From: Chthoniobacterales bacterium
GTDB taxonomy: Bacteria; Verrucomicrobiota; Verrucomicrobiia; Chthoniobacterales; UBA6821
Direction: 5' to 3'
Assembly: GCA_026461395.1 (NCBI GenBank)
Contig: JAPJNA010000048.1
Coordinates: 29,300-93,299 of the forward strand
Length of the DNA stretch: 64,000 bases
Under the pieces are notes generated by a model. It made no database searches. It was not told the DNA's origin and was given only the letters and a program-made list of their open reading frames with translations. The number at the start of each line of letters is the position of its first letter. Within the stretch, counting starts at the first letter, position 1. A program made the position numbers and the translations under genes. This document shows positions 18,702 to 28,993 of the stretch, piece by piece.

Positions 18702-20618
18702 TTATCCGGCCTTCTTACTTTCCTGATTTTTTGCCGATCCCGATTTGAATACCTTGATGATCCGGTCGACTGCGGCTTGAGAAGTCATCCCGTATTTTTC
18801 ACGGAGGATGGGGAGGGAGCCATGTTCGATGAACTGGTCTGGCCACCCCACGCGGACAAGCGGCGTGGTGATACCGACATCGGAGAGGTGTTCCGCCACA
18901 GCGGAGCCGAAGCCTCCCGTGAGGGCGTGGTCCTCCAGGGTGCAAAGAACCTTCGAGCCTCGGGCAAAGAACTCTAGCGTTCCCGTATCAAGCGGCTTGA
19001 TCCAGCGTGGATTAATGACGGCCGCCTCGATCCCCTGCTTCTCCAGCAGATCGGCCGCTTCCAGCGCCACCTCGCAGAAGTTTCCCAATCCGAAGAGCGC
19101 CACATCCGTTCCATGGCGCAGGACCTCGGCCTTGCCGATCTCGAGCAGCTTCGGTGTTGTCTTAGGAATGGCTCCCGTGCCTGCACCCCTGGGATAACGG
19201 ATCGCGATGGGCCCCTCGTGGTGGTTGGCCATCGTCCAGAGCATGTCGACGAATTCCTCCTCGTCCTTTGCCTGCATCGCAATCACTCCCGGAATGCTTT
19301 TCAGGTAGGCAATGTCGAAGAGACCATGGTGCGTCGGTCCGTCATCGCCCGACAGGCCGGCACGGTCCATGCAGAGCGCCACGTTGAGATTTTGCAGAGC
19401 AATGTCGTGGACGATCATGTCAAACGCCCGCTGCATGAACGTTGAGTAGATCGTCAGGAAGGGCTTCATCCCCCGGGTCGCCATGCCTGCCGCGAAGAGG
19501 GCCGCGTGCTCCTCGGCGATGCCGACATCGTAGAAGCGGTCGGGATGGCGCGACGCAAACTGGGAGAGCCCCGTGCCGGTTGGCATCGCCGCGGTGATGG
19601 CAACGATCTTGCGGTTGTGATCGGCAAAGTCCGAGAGAGTCTTGCCAAAGATTTCCGAATAGGTAGGGGAGGTGCCAGCCATTGTCTCTCCCGTCTCCTG
19701 CTGATATTTGCCGAGTCCATGGAACTTGTCGGGCATGGCAAGCGCGGGGGCGTATCCTTTACCCTTCTTGGTCAGGATATGCAGGATGACCGGTTCGTTT
19801 TGGGTCTTGAGAAATTCGAAGGTCCGGATCAGCAGTGGGATGTCATGGCCGTCGATCGGACCGAAGTAGCGAAGCCCCAGATCCTCGAAAATAACTCCCG
19901 GGAGCAGGATCTGCTTCACACCCGCCTCGATCTTGTGGGCGAGATGGCGCGCTGTCTTCCCCCCGATCCATTCCACGAACTTGGCCGTCTGGTCGTGAAG
20001 TTGAGCGTAGGCCGGGCTGGTGGCGATGCGGTTGAGATGCTCGGCAATGGCGCCGGTGTTCTTGGAGATCGACCACTCGTTGTCGTTAAGAATAACGATG
20101 AAGCGTTTGGTGGTCTCCGCGACATTGTTGAGTGCCTCATAGCTGATCCCGCAGGTGAAGGCAGCGTCACCGGCAACAGCCACCACATGTTCCTGGCCAC
20201 CATTCATGTCGCGCGCAGCCGCCATGCCAAGCGCCGCGGAAAGCGCCGTTCCGGCATGACCCGCACCGTAGCAGTCGTGCTCGCTCTCGGTGCGTAGCAG
20301 GAATCCGTTGAGTCCCCCGTGCTGGCGCATGGTCGCCAAGCGGTGCCGGCGACCTGTCAGCATTTTGTGGATGTAACCCTGATGGCTGACATCAAAGAGG
20401 ATCTTGTCCGTCGGTGTTTGGAACACCCGATGGAGCGCGATCGAGAGTTCGACAACGCCGAGGTTCGGCCCAAGATGTCCTCCCGTTTCGGAGAGCGACT
20501 CGATCAATTCTTCCCGGATCTCCTGTGCGAGCGCAGGTAGGGCGCTCTCCGGGAGTTTTTTTAGTTCGGCTGGGGAATCAATGCCATCCAGCAGGCGTTT
20601 GGCAGGATCGTGACTCAC
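18702..20618 (-). CDS. dxs: 1-deoxy-D-xylulose-5-phosphate synthase
   Basis: 638 aa. Transketolase-like TPP enzyme with DXS blocks (GHLGPNLGVVEL, GHAGTALSAALG, GDAAFTCG). Confidence 0.95.
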   Translation of the reverse strand: MSHDPAKRLLDGIDSPAELKKLPESALPALAQEIREELIESLSETGGHLGPNLGVVELSIALHRVFQTPTDKILFDVSHQGYIHKMLTGRRHRLATMRQHGGLNGFLLRTESEHDCYGAGHAGTALSAALGMAAARDMNGGQEHVVAVAGDAAFTCGISYEALNNVAETTKRFIVILNDNEWSISKNTGAIAEHLNRIATSPAYAQLHDQTAKFVEWIGGKTARHLAHKIEAGVKQILLPGVIFEDLGLRYFGPIDGHDIPLLIRTFEFLKTQNEPVILHILTKKGKGYAPALAMPDKFHGLGKYQQETGETMAGTSPTYSEIFGKTLSDFADHNRKIVAITAAMPTGTGLSQFASRHPDRFYDVGIAEEHAALFAAGMATRGMKPFLTIYSTFMQRAFDMIVHDIALQNLNVALCMDRAGLSGDDGPTHHGLFDIAYLKSIPGVIAMQAKDEEEFVDMLWTMANHHEGPIAIRYPRGAGTGAIPKTTPKLLEIGKAEVLRHGTDVALFGLGNFCEVALEAADLLEKQGIEAAVINPRWIKPLDTGTLEFFARGSKVLCTLEDHALTGGFGSAVAEHLSDVGITTPLVRVGWPDQFIEHGSLPILREKYGMTSQAAVDRIIKVFKSGSAKNQESKKAG

Positions 20619-20854
20619 GATTCCTCGAAGGGCTTGAGTTCCGTTTCCCCATGGCTGTTTCGCGTGATGATTTCTATCCGCTTCTCGGCCGCGTCGAGTT
20701 TCTCCCGGCAGATCTGGAGCAACTTCATCCCCTCTTCGTAGCGCTCGATAAGCGTCTCCAGGGGAGGAGGAGTCTGCTCGATCTCCTCCACGATGCTCTC
20801 AAGGCGACCAAGCGAGCCCTCGATGGATGTTTCGACGGTAGTATTGTCTTTCAC
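20615..20854 (-). CDS. xseB: exodeoxyribonuclease VII small subunit
   Basis: 79 aa helical protein (LGRLESIVEEIE ... LETLIERYEEGMKLLQICREKL). It overlaps the dxs start by 4 nt, the common xseB-dxs linkage. Confidence 0.8.
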   Translation of the reverse strand: MKDNTTVETSIEGSLGRLESIVEEIEQTPPPLETLIERYEEGMKLLQICREKLDAAEKRIEIITRNSHGETELKPFEES

Positions 20855-20896
20855 GGACGTGGTTGGAGTGAAAGGTCTTAAGTGAAGTCCTAAGCC

Positions 20897-22606
20897 TTAC
20901 TGGGACGATTTGCGCGCCCACCGCTCGGTGTCGGCATACAGGATGCATTCCCCGTCAATCGGCAGCGGAGTGAAGCTCTTAAGCAGAAAGTCATTAATAT
21001 TCACCGTCCGCATGATGACGGGGCCCCAGTCTTTGTAAGAACCCTTGAGGAGAGAGATAAAGGACTCACCTGCAGAGACTGGAGTTAGATAGAGGCCGAC
21101 GATCGGCGAGCCAAGGCTTCCGAAATCGGAGATCTGGTTGAACTGCCGGACTGTTTCCGGAATCAGCAGGCACTTCCTGTTGGCGTACCAGGCAACTGCC
21201 CAAGGCATGTCCGAGGAGAGGAGTTCTTGGGGCTTGAACCAGTTTTGAAGGACCGAAATGAAGGGGGGCACATAAGGGGGCCACTGGATGCGTGCCTGCT
21301 GTCCGGTTAGCAGGGTGAGGATCATCGGGATTCCGGAAATTAGGAAAATTGCGGTCAGGAAGGCGATCCGGAGCGCCTTCAGGCTGATATTAAGCCTGTT
21401 CCAAAGCACCAGGATAAAAGCCATTCCGAAGAGGATGAAAATGGGGATAAAAATCACGTGCAGCTGGTTGCCCGACACTGCTCCCTTCACACCGAAGAGT
21501 GCCATGCCCAGTGTGAGCCCGATCCACATGATCAGAATCACCCATCGCCAGACCGCGGCGACTGGATTCTTGAACGGATGAAGAAGCGAGATAAAGAAGG
21601 CGACGACGGTGATGTTGAGTCCGAGGTACTCCCAGAGATGCGATGCCTGATCGAGAAGGCCAGACTTGATCTTGGTTGCCATGCCTCCGCCCAGGGTCAG
21701 TCCGGTATTCACTCCACGCATGACAGACTGCTCTGTAACGCCCGCTCCCGCCAATGCCATGTAGATAGAGAGGCCGAATGGGTTGCCGCAGACAGAATAG
21801 TTGCGAAGCAGCCAGGGAAGCACTGTCAGCAGATAAATGAGAAAGGGGACGAGAAAGGTCACAACCCGCGACCGGAATGCAAAAAGGCAGAAAGCCAAAA
21901 ATCCCGGAACCAAGAAGAAGGTGACTCCATGGGTCAAGGACATCAGGCCGAGACTGAAGGCAGCGCCCCCGAGCCAGGCATAGACTGTGAGTCGGTTCTC
22001 TTCTTCCTCCGCATTCAGGGCCTTCAGTGCACAGAGACAGACTAATCCGAATAGCACGATCAGGAGAAGCTGGGGCAGTCCTGCCAGGGCATACTGCCAG
22101 AGGAGGTCGGTCACGAGAAGGAGTCCCGCTCCGATCAGGGCTAGTGTCCTATCAAAGAGTAGCTTGCCAACAAAATACCAGACCAGAACGCCAAGCAGGA
22201 GAAAGACGATGCCGAGTGCCGCAATGGCCCTGTCGCCCATGCTAAGTATGTCCGTCGATTCCATCGCAATTCTTTTCTTTACCGTAAACAGAGCCGCCGC
22301 CTCTGCTAGCGGGTAAAGAGGGGCACTGTAGAAATCAGGGAAATTGCCGGAGGGAACCTTGCGGGCCGTGTCCGTGAGTTGACGAATGGCCAGCGGGCGG
22401 ATGTAGCGGGTCGTGAACCCCTCCCCCGAGATGAGTGACCGAGCAATCTGGGCCTGATCCATCGCCTGCTCAGTGCCCAGTCCCTTGAACTGCATCAAGA
22501 AATAAATCGTGCAGAGCCCTATCACGACGGCGGCAATCATGCCGATCTTGAGTACCTGGGCAATAAGGCCGGAATCGATGTCACGTACTGTTTCCTGGAG
22601 TGCCAT
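20897..22606 (-). CDS. polytopic membrane protein, possibly a GT-C (ArnT/PMT-like) glycosyltransferase
   Basis: 569 aa with more than 10 TM helices, an early periplasmic loop (AMDQAQIARSLISGEGFTT) and a ~130-aa C-terminal soluble domain. The family assignment is weak. Confidence 0.4.
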   Translation of the reverse strand: MALQETVRDIDSGLIAQVLKIGMIAAVVIGLCTIYFLMQFKGLGTEQAMDQAQIARSLISGEGFTTRYIRPLAIRQLTDTARKVPSGNFPDFYSAPLYPLAEAAALFTVKKRIAMESTDILSMGDRAIAALGIVFLLLGVLVWYFVGKLLFDRTLALIGAGLLLVTDLLWQYALAGLPQLLLIVLFGLVCLCALKALNAEEEENRLTVYAWLGGAAFSLGLMSLTHGVTFFLVPGFLAFCLFAFRSRVVTFLVPFLIYLLTVLPWLLRNYSVCGNPFGLSIYMALAGAGVTEQSVMRGVNTGLTLGGGMATKIKSGLLDQASHLWEYLGLNITVVAFFISLLHPFKNPVAAVWRWVILIMWIGLTLGMALFGVKGAVSGNQLHVIFIPIFILFGMAFILVLWNRLNISLKALRIAFLTAIFLISGIPMILTLLTGQQARIQWPPYVPPFISVLQNWFKPQELLSSDMPWAVAWYANRKCLLIPETVRQFNQISDFGSLGSPIVGLYLTPVSAGESFISLLKGSYKDWGPVIMRTVNINDFLLKSFTPLPIDGECILYADTERWARKSSQ

Positions 22607-22628
22607 AGGTTAGAGCAATGAGTTAGTT

Positions 22629-23996
22629 TTAGGATTTCGTGATGCCAAATTGAGAGAGATGACGATGGAGGGTGCGACGGCTAATGCCGAGCTTTTTTGC
22701 CGCCATTGTGCGATTCCCAGCGCACTCTTCCAGGGCTTTGTGAATCGTCGCGGCCTCAATTCTGGCAAGGTTCATTTCATTCTCCCCGGAAGCAGATCCT
22801 GCGAGAACGTGAAGAGATGAAGGGAGATCTCCCAGCTTGAGTTCACTACCATTTCCTAACACCACGGCATGCTCTACAGCGGCGCGAAGTTCACGGATAT
22901 TACCGGGCCATGCATGAGTCTCAAGCGCAGCAATGGCGTCGCGAGTGAAGAGCCTCTCAGGCTTGTCATGCTCCTTGGCCATTTCCTTGAGAAAGGCACT
23001 CGTGAGCAGGGGAATATCTTCCGGGTGACTCCGTAGAGGAGGCATCATGAGAGGCACCACATTCAACCGGAAGAACAGATCTTCACGGAATGTTCCGTCG
23101 CTCACCATGGCCGCCAGATCCTTGTTGGTTGCAGCGATCAGTCGCACTTCGGAGTTCAGGGTCTGGTTGCCCCCGACTCTCTCGAAGCTCTTCTCACCAA
23201 GCACTCGCAGAATCTTGACCTGAACGGTGGGGTCGATTTCGCCGATCTCATCAAGGAAAAGAGTGCCGCCGGCAGCCTGTTCGAAGCGCCCGATCCTGCG
23301 CTCCCCTGCGCCGGTGAAGGCACCCTTCTCATGGCCGAAGAGCTCGCTCTCCAGAAGCTGGGGGGAAAGTGAGGCGCAATGGACGGCCACAAACGGCTTC
23401 TCAGCCCGGTTGCTCAGGGCATGGATCGCCTGAGCAGCAACTTCCTTACCCGTTCCGCTCTCCCCTTGAATGAGAACGGTAGCCTTGCTGGGTGCCACCT
23501 GCCTGATGGTCTCGAAGACCCTTTCCATCACCGGGGAGCGACCGATCATTCTGTCGGGTGTCCGCGTTTTGCGCACTTCCTGACGGAGTTCTAGATTCTC
23601 CGCTTGCATGGTTCTTTCGCGTAGGGCACGCCGGATCAGCATTTCCAAACGGTCGATATTCACCGGCTTGGTCACAAAATCATAGGCCCCCTGCTTCATG
23701 GCTTCCACGGCGGTATCTACCGATCCGTAAGCTGTCATCATAATGCAGATCGGCGGATCGGAGCGCTTCAGAATCTTCTTCATCAGATCCATGCCGTTGT
23801 CGGCGCCGATCTTCAGATCGGTGAGGACCAGATCGGGAGGGTCTGCCTCCATCAAGGCCAAAGCCCCTGCTTCATCAGCCGCCAGTGAGACATCAAAGCG
23901 CTCTTCCAGCACGGCTCTCAACCCATCGCGCGTGTTCTTTTCATCGTCGACAATCAGGATGGTCTGCTTCATAGAAGGAGAGACAGATTGTCGCAA
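22629..23996 (-). CDS. sigma54-dependent response regulator (NtrC/AtoC family)
   Basis: 455 aa. REC domain (ILIVDDE ... LVLTDLKI), AAA+ domain with GESGTGKE and the GAFTGA loop, and a C-terminal Fis-type HTH (AAKKLGISRRTLHRHL). Confidence 0.9.
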   Translation of the reverse strand: MRQSVSPSMKQTILIVDDEKNTRDGLRAVLEERFDVSLAADEAGALALMEADPPDLVLTDLKIGADNGMDLMKKILKRSDPPICIMMTAYGSVDTAVEAMKQGAYDFVTKPVNIDRLEMLIRRALRERTMQAENLELRQEVRKTRTPDRMIGRSPVMERVFETIRQVAPSKATVLIQGESGTGKEVAAQAIHALSNRAEKPFVAVHCASLSPQLLESELFGHEKGAFTGAGERRIGRFEQAAGGTLFLDEIGEIDPTVQVKILRVLGEKSFERVGGNQTLNSEVRLIAATNKDLAAMVSDGTFREDLFFRLNVVPLMMPPLRSHPEDIPLLTSAFLKEMAKEHDKPERLFTRDAIAALETHAWPGNIRELRAAVEHAVVLGNGSELKLGDLPSSLHVLAGSASGENEMNLARIEAATIHKALEECAGNRTMAAKKLGISRRTLHRHLSQFGITKS

Positions 23997-24016
23997 TCAT
24001 CCCAGTTTTACAATCT

Positions 24017-24886
24017 TTACTCTTTAGATCCCGCTGAATAGTCAGTTAGCAACTGGGGCAAAGCGTCCCGATAGCTTGGAAATTGAGGAATCCATCCGGC
24101 GGAGCGAAGCTTAGCATTGCTGATCCGCTTGGAGGTCCAGCCCCGCTTTCTATTGAGATCAGCCGCTCCCTCCGGGGGTAGCGATTGGCGCTGGGTCTCT
24201 GCTATCCATCCATAGACCTCGCGTTGGGTGGCCGGCATATTATCGGTCACGTTGTACACCTCCGGAGTAACCGAGAAGTCTCCCAATCGTGCTAAGGCGA
24301 CGGCGGCATCATCCCGATGAATCTGGTTGATCCAACGGTGCCCCCCATCCTCCAAAATGGCCTCGCCTGCCAGAAATTTCCGGAGCAGCACAGAGCGGCC
24401 CGGGCCATAGATCCCCGAAAGACGAGCAACACTCCCTCCTGATGCCAGTGCGATCTGTTCAGCTTCCAAAAGAATGCGCCCAGTATCGCGATCGGGGGCC
24501 GCTTCTGATTCCTCGGTAACCCAGGCTCCATCGGTTTGTCCGTAGACCGAGGTGCTACTGACAAAAATCATCCTGCCCGGCTTCCAACTCTCCTGCACAC
24601 GGCGGAGACCATCGCGGTAGACTGCAGCATAGGCCTCGACTCCACCTCGGCCAGAGCTGACGCAGTAGATGGCCAAGGGAACATTTTGAACCTGAGGGGT
24701 CAGAGCTTCGACCGAGGCAGGGTCGGTGACATCACAGGCAGCAGATCGGAAAGACCTGTTTGATAGCGCGCCCAGTGAGTCGTTACTATGAACCAAGCCT
24801 AGAACATTCCTGCCTTGGGCCGAAAAAAAATCGGCCGCGGCCTCCCCTAGGAAGCCGCAGCCGATGATAAGAACTTCAGGATTCAC
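24017..24886 (-). CDS. NAD(P)-dependent epimerase/dehydratase-family (extended SDR) protein
   Basis: 289 aa with an N-terminal Rossmann motif IIGCGFLGEAAA. Confidence 0.65.
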   Translation of the reverse strand: MNPEVLIIGCGFLGEAAADFFSAQGRNVLGLVHSNDSLGALSNRSFRSAACDVTDPASVEALTPQVQNVPLAIYCVSSGRGGVEAYAAVYRDGLRRVQESWKPGRMIFVSSTSVYGQTDGAWVTEESEAAPDRDTGRILLEAEQIALASGGSVARLSGIYGPGRSVLLRKFLAGEAILEDGGHRWINQIHRDDAAVALARLGDFSVTPEVYNVTDNMPATQREVYGWIAETQRQSLPPEGAADLNRKRGWTSKRISNAKLRSAGWIPQFPSYRDALPQLLTDYSAGSKE

Positions 24887-24914
24887 TCCGTGGGAGTGGA
24901 AAGCAGTTCGGAGA

Positions 24915-25112
24915 TCAGCTCAGGACAAAGCGGATCTTGGCCTTGGCGCGCTTAGCGCTGGCCTTGGCTTTGCGCTTTGTGCGCTGAGTCGGAGTCTCGA
25001 AGGCGCGCAGACGGCGCACCTCGTCGAGGACACCCTCGGTCTCGAGTTTGGTCTTAAGGCGCTTGAGAGCGCGATCGATTGGTTCGCCCTTACGGACAAT
25101 AACTTCCGGCAT
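24915..25112 (-). CDS. rpsU: 30S ribosomal protein S21
   Basis: 65 aa. MPEVIVRKGEPIDRALKRLKTKLETEGVLDEVRRLRAFETP is typical of S21. Confidence 0.9.
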   Translation of the reverse strand: MPEVIVRKGEPIDRALKRLKTKLETEGVLDEVRRLRAFETPTQRTKRKAKASAKRAKAKIRFVLS

Positions 25113-25247
25113 AATTAATTCACCTGCTTTCCTTTGTGGGGTGTGAATCCTCCTTCATAAGGGCGGTGCGGTCAAGCTCCTCTTTTCATCAAGAGATTAT
25201 CGAAAAAATGATTGTTTGCCCTTTCAATCACCACGGCGCTGAAAGGC

Positions 25248-28200
25248 TTAGGTGCGGGTCTCGCGGATCTGACGTCTCAGGATGAAGAAAAGGACCACGA
25301 AGATCGCCCAACTGGAGAGGATCATGACGGCGGAGTTGAACCAAAGCAGGGGGATGGAGACGCCGCAGTATTGCTTCATCGGCCCGAAAAAGACATTCGG
25401 GTGCCGGTTGTCACGATAGTCCGCCTGCTCCATCTCCGCCTTGGAGACCAGATCGAGTACCTTCTGGTTGGTGTAGAGCTGTTCGGCAGTGACGCCTCCT
25501 TCACTCCCGACGATTTCCTCGCGCTTCAACGTAGCCCCCGCGATCACCCGGTCAATGCGGGTCATCCTCTTGGCGAGTTCATCCGGATTGGTTGCCTGCA
25601 GACCGCTCAGGATCGCCAGAAGATCCTTGAGGTCGTCGAGACGATCTTCCTGGGCATCGGTCGGCTTCTTGATCGCTGCGAGTTGGTAGATTTGGCGCTG
25701 GATACGCGCCTGCCGAAGGGCCAGGGGATTGAGCTTTGCCTGGGCAAAGACGATCCCCTCATACGACCAGCGCATCGGCATGAACTCGCAGATCATCGGC
25801 ACCTGCAGATCGCTTCTGGGTTCCATGGCCGTTTCGGGGTGCCGGTTGAACCACTCATGGATCGAATGGATGAAATCCAGATTACGGTTCATCTCTTCAT
25901 ATTTGATCAGGGCACCCCCAAGGATGATCTGGGGGATCAAGACGACGGGAATGATATTCACGGCTGTCTTCCCCTCCCGGGCGAGCGAGGAAATCAGAAG
26001 GCCCAGCGCGATGCCGCTAAACGCGGTGAGGAACATTGCAAGAAACTCGACCCAATAAAATCCTCGGATGGAGACCATCCAGTCGCCGATCAGCGTGAAG
26101 AGGGCGCACTGAGCCACGGCGAAGAGGCCAAGCGTGATCGCTTTTGCCAGTAGGTAGTAGCCGATGCGGACATTCAGATTTCTTTCCCGGAGAAGGACGG
26201 GCCGGTCGCGAAGGATGTCGTCGACGCTGTTGGTGAGTCCCAAGAACATCGCCACCACGAGGGAAAGGAACAGGTAGGTCGGGATGTGGAAGGCCGAGGC
26301 GAAGTCGTAATGTTTGCTCTCCGAGTAGCGGAGGACAGATCCGATCAGGAAGGCAAGCATCGGCGCCTCCACTAGCGTGGTGAGGAGATTGGCCCGGTTA
26401 CGCAGCTTGCTGATGAAAGACCGCTGAAGCAGCACAAGGAACTGCCCCAGTTCGTCGCGCCAGCGAAGGCTCTCCCATCCGGAAGGTCGCTGTGTAAGGC
26501 TACTCCTTGACTCAGGACCAGCTGGGACGGGAGTTCGCGAGGAGGCCGGTTGCTGGACCTCCTTCATCAGGCGATAGGCCTCGAACTTGTCACGCCAGTA
26601 TTCCGGAGAGAAGCGACGGGCGGGGACAAGCTGTCCTCGGTTGTTCTCCTCGTAGATGAGCTCGCCTCCTAAGTCACGCAGAGGTGTCTCCAGCACGTCG
26701 AAGACAAACTCCGGACGAGTCGTGCCGCAGGCTTGGCATCCCCCGAGTTCGGTGCCGAAGAGTTGCTCGTGCTCCGCCTCGGCGAAGTACGCAAGCATCT
26801 CCGTGGGTGTGCCGAAGAAGACCAGCTTTCCTCCCTTGTCCAGGAGCAGGGCCTTCTGGAACATCTGGAAGACCTTTGAGGTCGGCTGGTGGATCGTGAC
26901 CAGGACGATCTTGTTATGGGCCATGCCGCGAATGATCTCGATGACATGCTCGGAATCCTTGGAGGAGAGGCCGCTGGTCGGTTCGTCGAAGAGATAGATA
27001 TCGGCCGTGCTGACCATATCGAGGCCGATATTGAGGCGCTTGCGTTCGCCTCCGCTCAGGATTTTCTTACTGGTTCCTCCCACGACCTCCTTGCGGCGCT
27101 CGTTCAGGCCGAGCTCGGCAAGCTTGCTGTCGATACGACGCTGACGTTCGCGCCGCGAAAGATGGGGTGCGCGGATGGCCGCCGCAAAGCGGAGATTTTC
27201 CTCGATCGTCAACTGCTCGTCAAAGGCGTCGTACTGGGGAATGTAGGTGATGTACTGAAGTAGCGCATCGAGATTCCGGTAGAGGGAGCGCTGGTTGAGC
27301 TGCACCTCACCAGCCACCGGCGGGAACTGGCCCGCCAGAGCGCGGAGCAGGGTGCTCTTGCCGCAGCCGCTTGCTCCCATAACGCAGACCATCTCGCCGC
27401 GATCCATCGAGAAATTGAGGTTATCGAGGGCCGTGTCACCACTCCGGAAGCGGCAGACAAGATCGCGCACGTCGAGAGTTCGGATGATGTTCCGCTCCTC
27501 CTCGATAATCCTGTCGGTGAAGTTACAGCGGAGTACCTGGCCCGCATCGATCCGGATGGTGTCCCCATCGATGAGATCCATAGCCCCGCGTACGGGAAGC
27601 CCCCTTACCACGATCGGCCTGTCCGCCTGAAGTACCTCCACGCGGCCCTTTTTTTCCTGATAATCGCAGGTGATCCGTAGCGTTACCTCGCCGCCGATTC
27701 CGGGAGAAATCAGAATGTCATCGTCGTCCAGTCGGCTCGGGTTATTCGAAGCGATGTACTCAGTCTTGGAGCCCTTCAGCTCGAAACGGCCACCGAAAGA
27801 CCCGACGCGCCGCTTCAGATCCTCGAGGTCGAGCTCCCCACCGTCGCGAAAGAAGATCTTTTCCGAGAGTTGGGCAACAACCGTTGTCCCCTTGCGTAGC
27901 GGAGTACCCTGCAGGGTGGCCCGAAGGTCTTGAAGGGCGGTGACATTCACCTTCAGGCCGAAGGCGATCTCCAAGTCGCTGTCCCGGCTACGCGATTTCT
28001 CAAGCCGGACCTCCTCGTTGTTGATCGCCACAAAGATGTGAGGAAGCGTCACATTGCGCTTCGCATTGAAGTAAAAGATCAGATCTTGGCTGGTGATCAC
28101 CTGCTCGCCCACCAACACGCGCTGCCCCGGGTAGATCCGGCAAAACTCTCCTGGCTTCAGCAGGCGACCCTGGACGATCAGGCTCTTGCCAGAGAGGTTT

Positions 28201-28919
28201 TTGATAATGATTAGATCGTGGTAGCAGTAGGCCAGAAGCTTTTCATCACCTTTGAAGTCCCTTAGCTCCACATCGCATGTTGCCGGATCGCCGAAGGAAA
28301 GAGCCTCAAGCGGCGAAGTGCCGTCGTGGAAAAACTCCGCATCGGCCTGCTCGTTGGCATTGAGTTGGTAGACGATATCGATGGCCTGCGCCGCCATGCC
28401 GAGACGCCCCATGAAGTCATGGTAAGCCGCCACCTGCTCCGCCTTCATTCCCGAACGGGTGATCAGATCATAGAGCTGCACGCCGAGCAGGATCTTGCTG
28501 TCATCGCTCAGCTCTGCGGAGAGCTTCGTCGCCATGGCTCCCAGATCCTGTTGCTGCTCGAGGGCCTGGCGGAAGAGCTTGCGGAGTTCGGAATAGACCG
28601 CCTCGGGATAGTCGTAGCGCAGGAATCCGAGGCTCGAATCGATTTCCTCCTCCAGCATTTCCCCATCGACCCGGGTGAAGGCCGCAAGAACCTTAATAAG
28701 CGTGGGAAGAAGGTTGGCGCTCTCGGCGATGGTCTGCGGACGTCGTTGCAGGCGACGCCAGCGCTTGGCCGCTGAACGCTGTAATCGGGAAGCTCCCCTC
28801 AGGATGCTATCGATTACGACCACTCCCCGGCGCGGAGGCTGGGAACCATCTTGCCCAGCTGGATACGGATCCGATCCGGGCGTTTCTGCTCCTCCTGATA
28901 TCTGTGGATTGGGATCCAT
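25248..28919 (-). CDS. 1223-aa multidomain ABC transporter: TerB-like segment, FHA-like modules, ABC ATPase and ABC-2 (ABCG-type) permease
   Basis: Walker A GASGCGKST, signature LSGGERKRLNIG and Walker B IYLFDEPTSGLS, followed by an ABC-2 type membrane domain. The N-terminal half contains VDGEMLEEEID (TerB-like) and beta-rich modules ending in NG/GD patterns (LIDGDTIRIDAGQVLRCNF). Confidence 0.8.
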   Translation of the reverse strand: MDPNPQISGGAETPGSDPYPAGQDGSQPPRRGVVVIDSILRGASRLQRSAAKRWRRLQRRPQTIAESANLLPTLIKVLAAFTRVDGEMLEEEIDSSLGFLRYDYPEAVYSELRKLFRQALEQQQDLGAMATKLSAELSDDSKILLGVQLYDLITRSGMKAEQVAAYHDFMGRLGMAAQAIDIVYQLNANEQADAEFFHDGTSPLEALSFGDPATCDVELRDFKGDEKLLAYCYHDLIIIKNLSGKSLIVQGRLLKPGEFCRIYPGQRVLVGEQVITSQDLIFYFNAKRNVTLPHIFVAINNEEVRLEKSRSRDSDLEIAFGLKVNVTALQDLRATLQGTPLRKGTTVVAQLSEKIFFRDGGELDLEDLKRRVGSFGGRFELKGSKTEYIASNNPSRLDDDDILISPGIGGEVTLRITCDYQEKKGRVEVLQADRPIVVRGLPVRGAMDLIDGDTIRIDAGQVLRCNFTDRIIEEERNIIRTLDVRDLVCRFRSGDTALDNLNFSMDRGEMVCVMGASGCGKSTLLRALAGQFPPVAGEVQLNQRSLYRNLDALLQYITYIPQYDAFDEQLTIEENLRFAAAIRAPHLSRRERQRRIDSKLAELGLNERRKEVVGGTSKKILSGGERKRLNIGLDMVSTADIYLFDEPTSGLSSKDSEHVIEIIRGMAHNKIVLVTIHQPTSKVFQMFQKALLLDKGGKLVFFGTPTEMLAYFAEAEHEQLFGTELGGCQACGTTRPEFVFDVLETPLRDLGGELIYEENNRGQLVPARRFSPEYWRDKFEAYRLMKEVQQPASSRTPVPAGPESRSSLTQRPSGWESLRWRDELGQFLVLLQRSFISKLRNRANLLTTLVEAPMLAFLIGSVLRYSESKHYDFASAFHIPTYLFLSLVVAMFLGLTNSVDDILRDRPVLLRERNLNVRIGYYLLAKAITLGLFAVAQCALFTLIGDWMVSIRGFYWVEFLAMFLTAFSGIALGLLISSLAREGKTAVNIIPVVLIPQIILGGALIKYEEMNRNLDFIHSIHEWFNRHPETAMEPRSDLQVPMICEFMPMRWSYEGIVFAQAKLNPLALRQARIQRQIYQLAAIKKPTDAQEDRLDDLKDLLAILSGLQATNPDELAKRMTRIDRVIAGATLKREEIVGSEGGVTAEQLYTNQKVLDLVSKAEMEQADYRDNRHPNVFFGPMKQYCGVSIPLLWFNSAVMILSSWAIFVVLFFILRRQIRETRT

Positions 28920-28993
28920 CTGGCCGGAGCATAATCAGCCTCGGCACAAAGATGGAGCCAATTATTGAGTGTGCGATGACCGTAGTAACGTAA

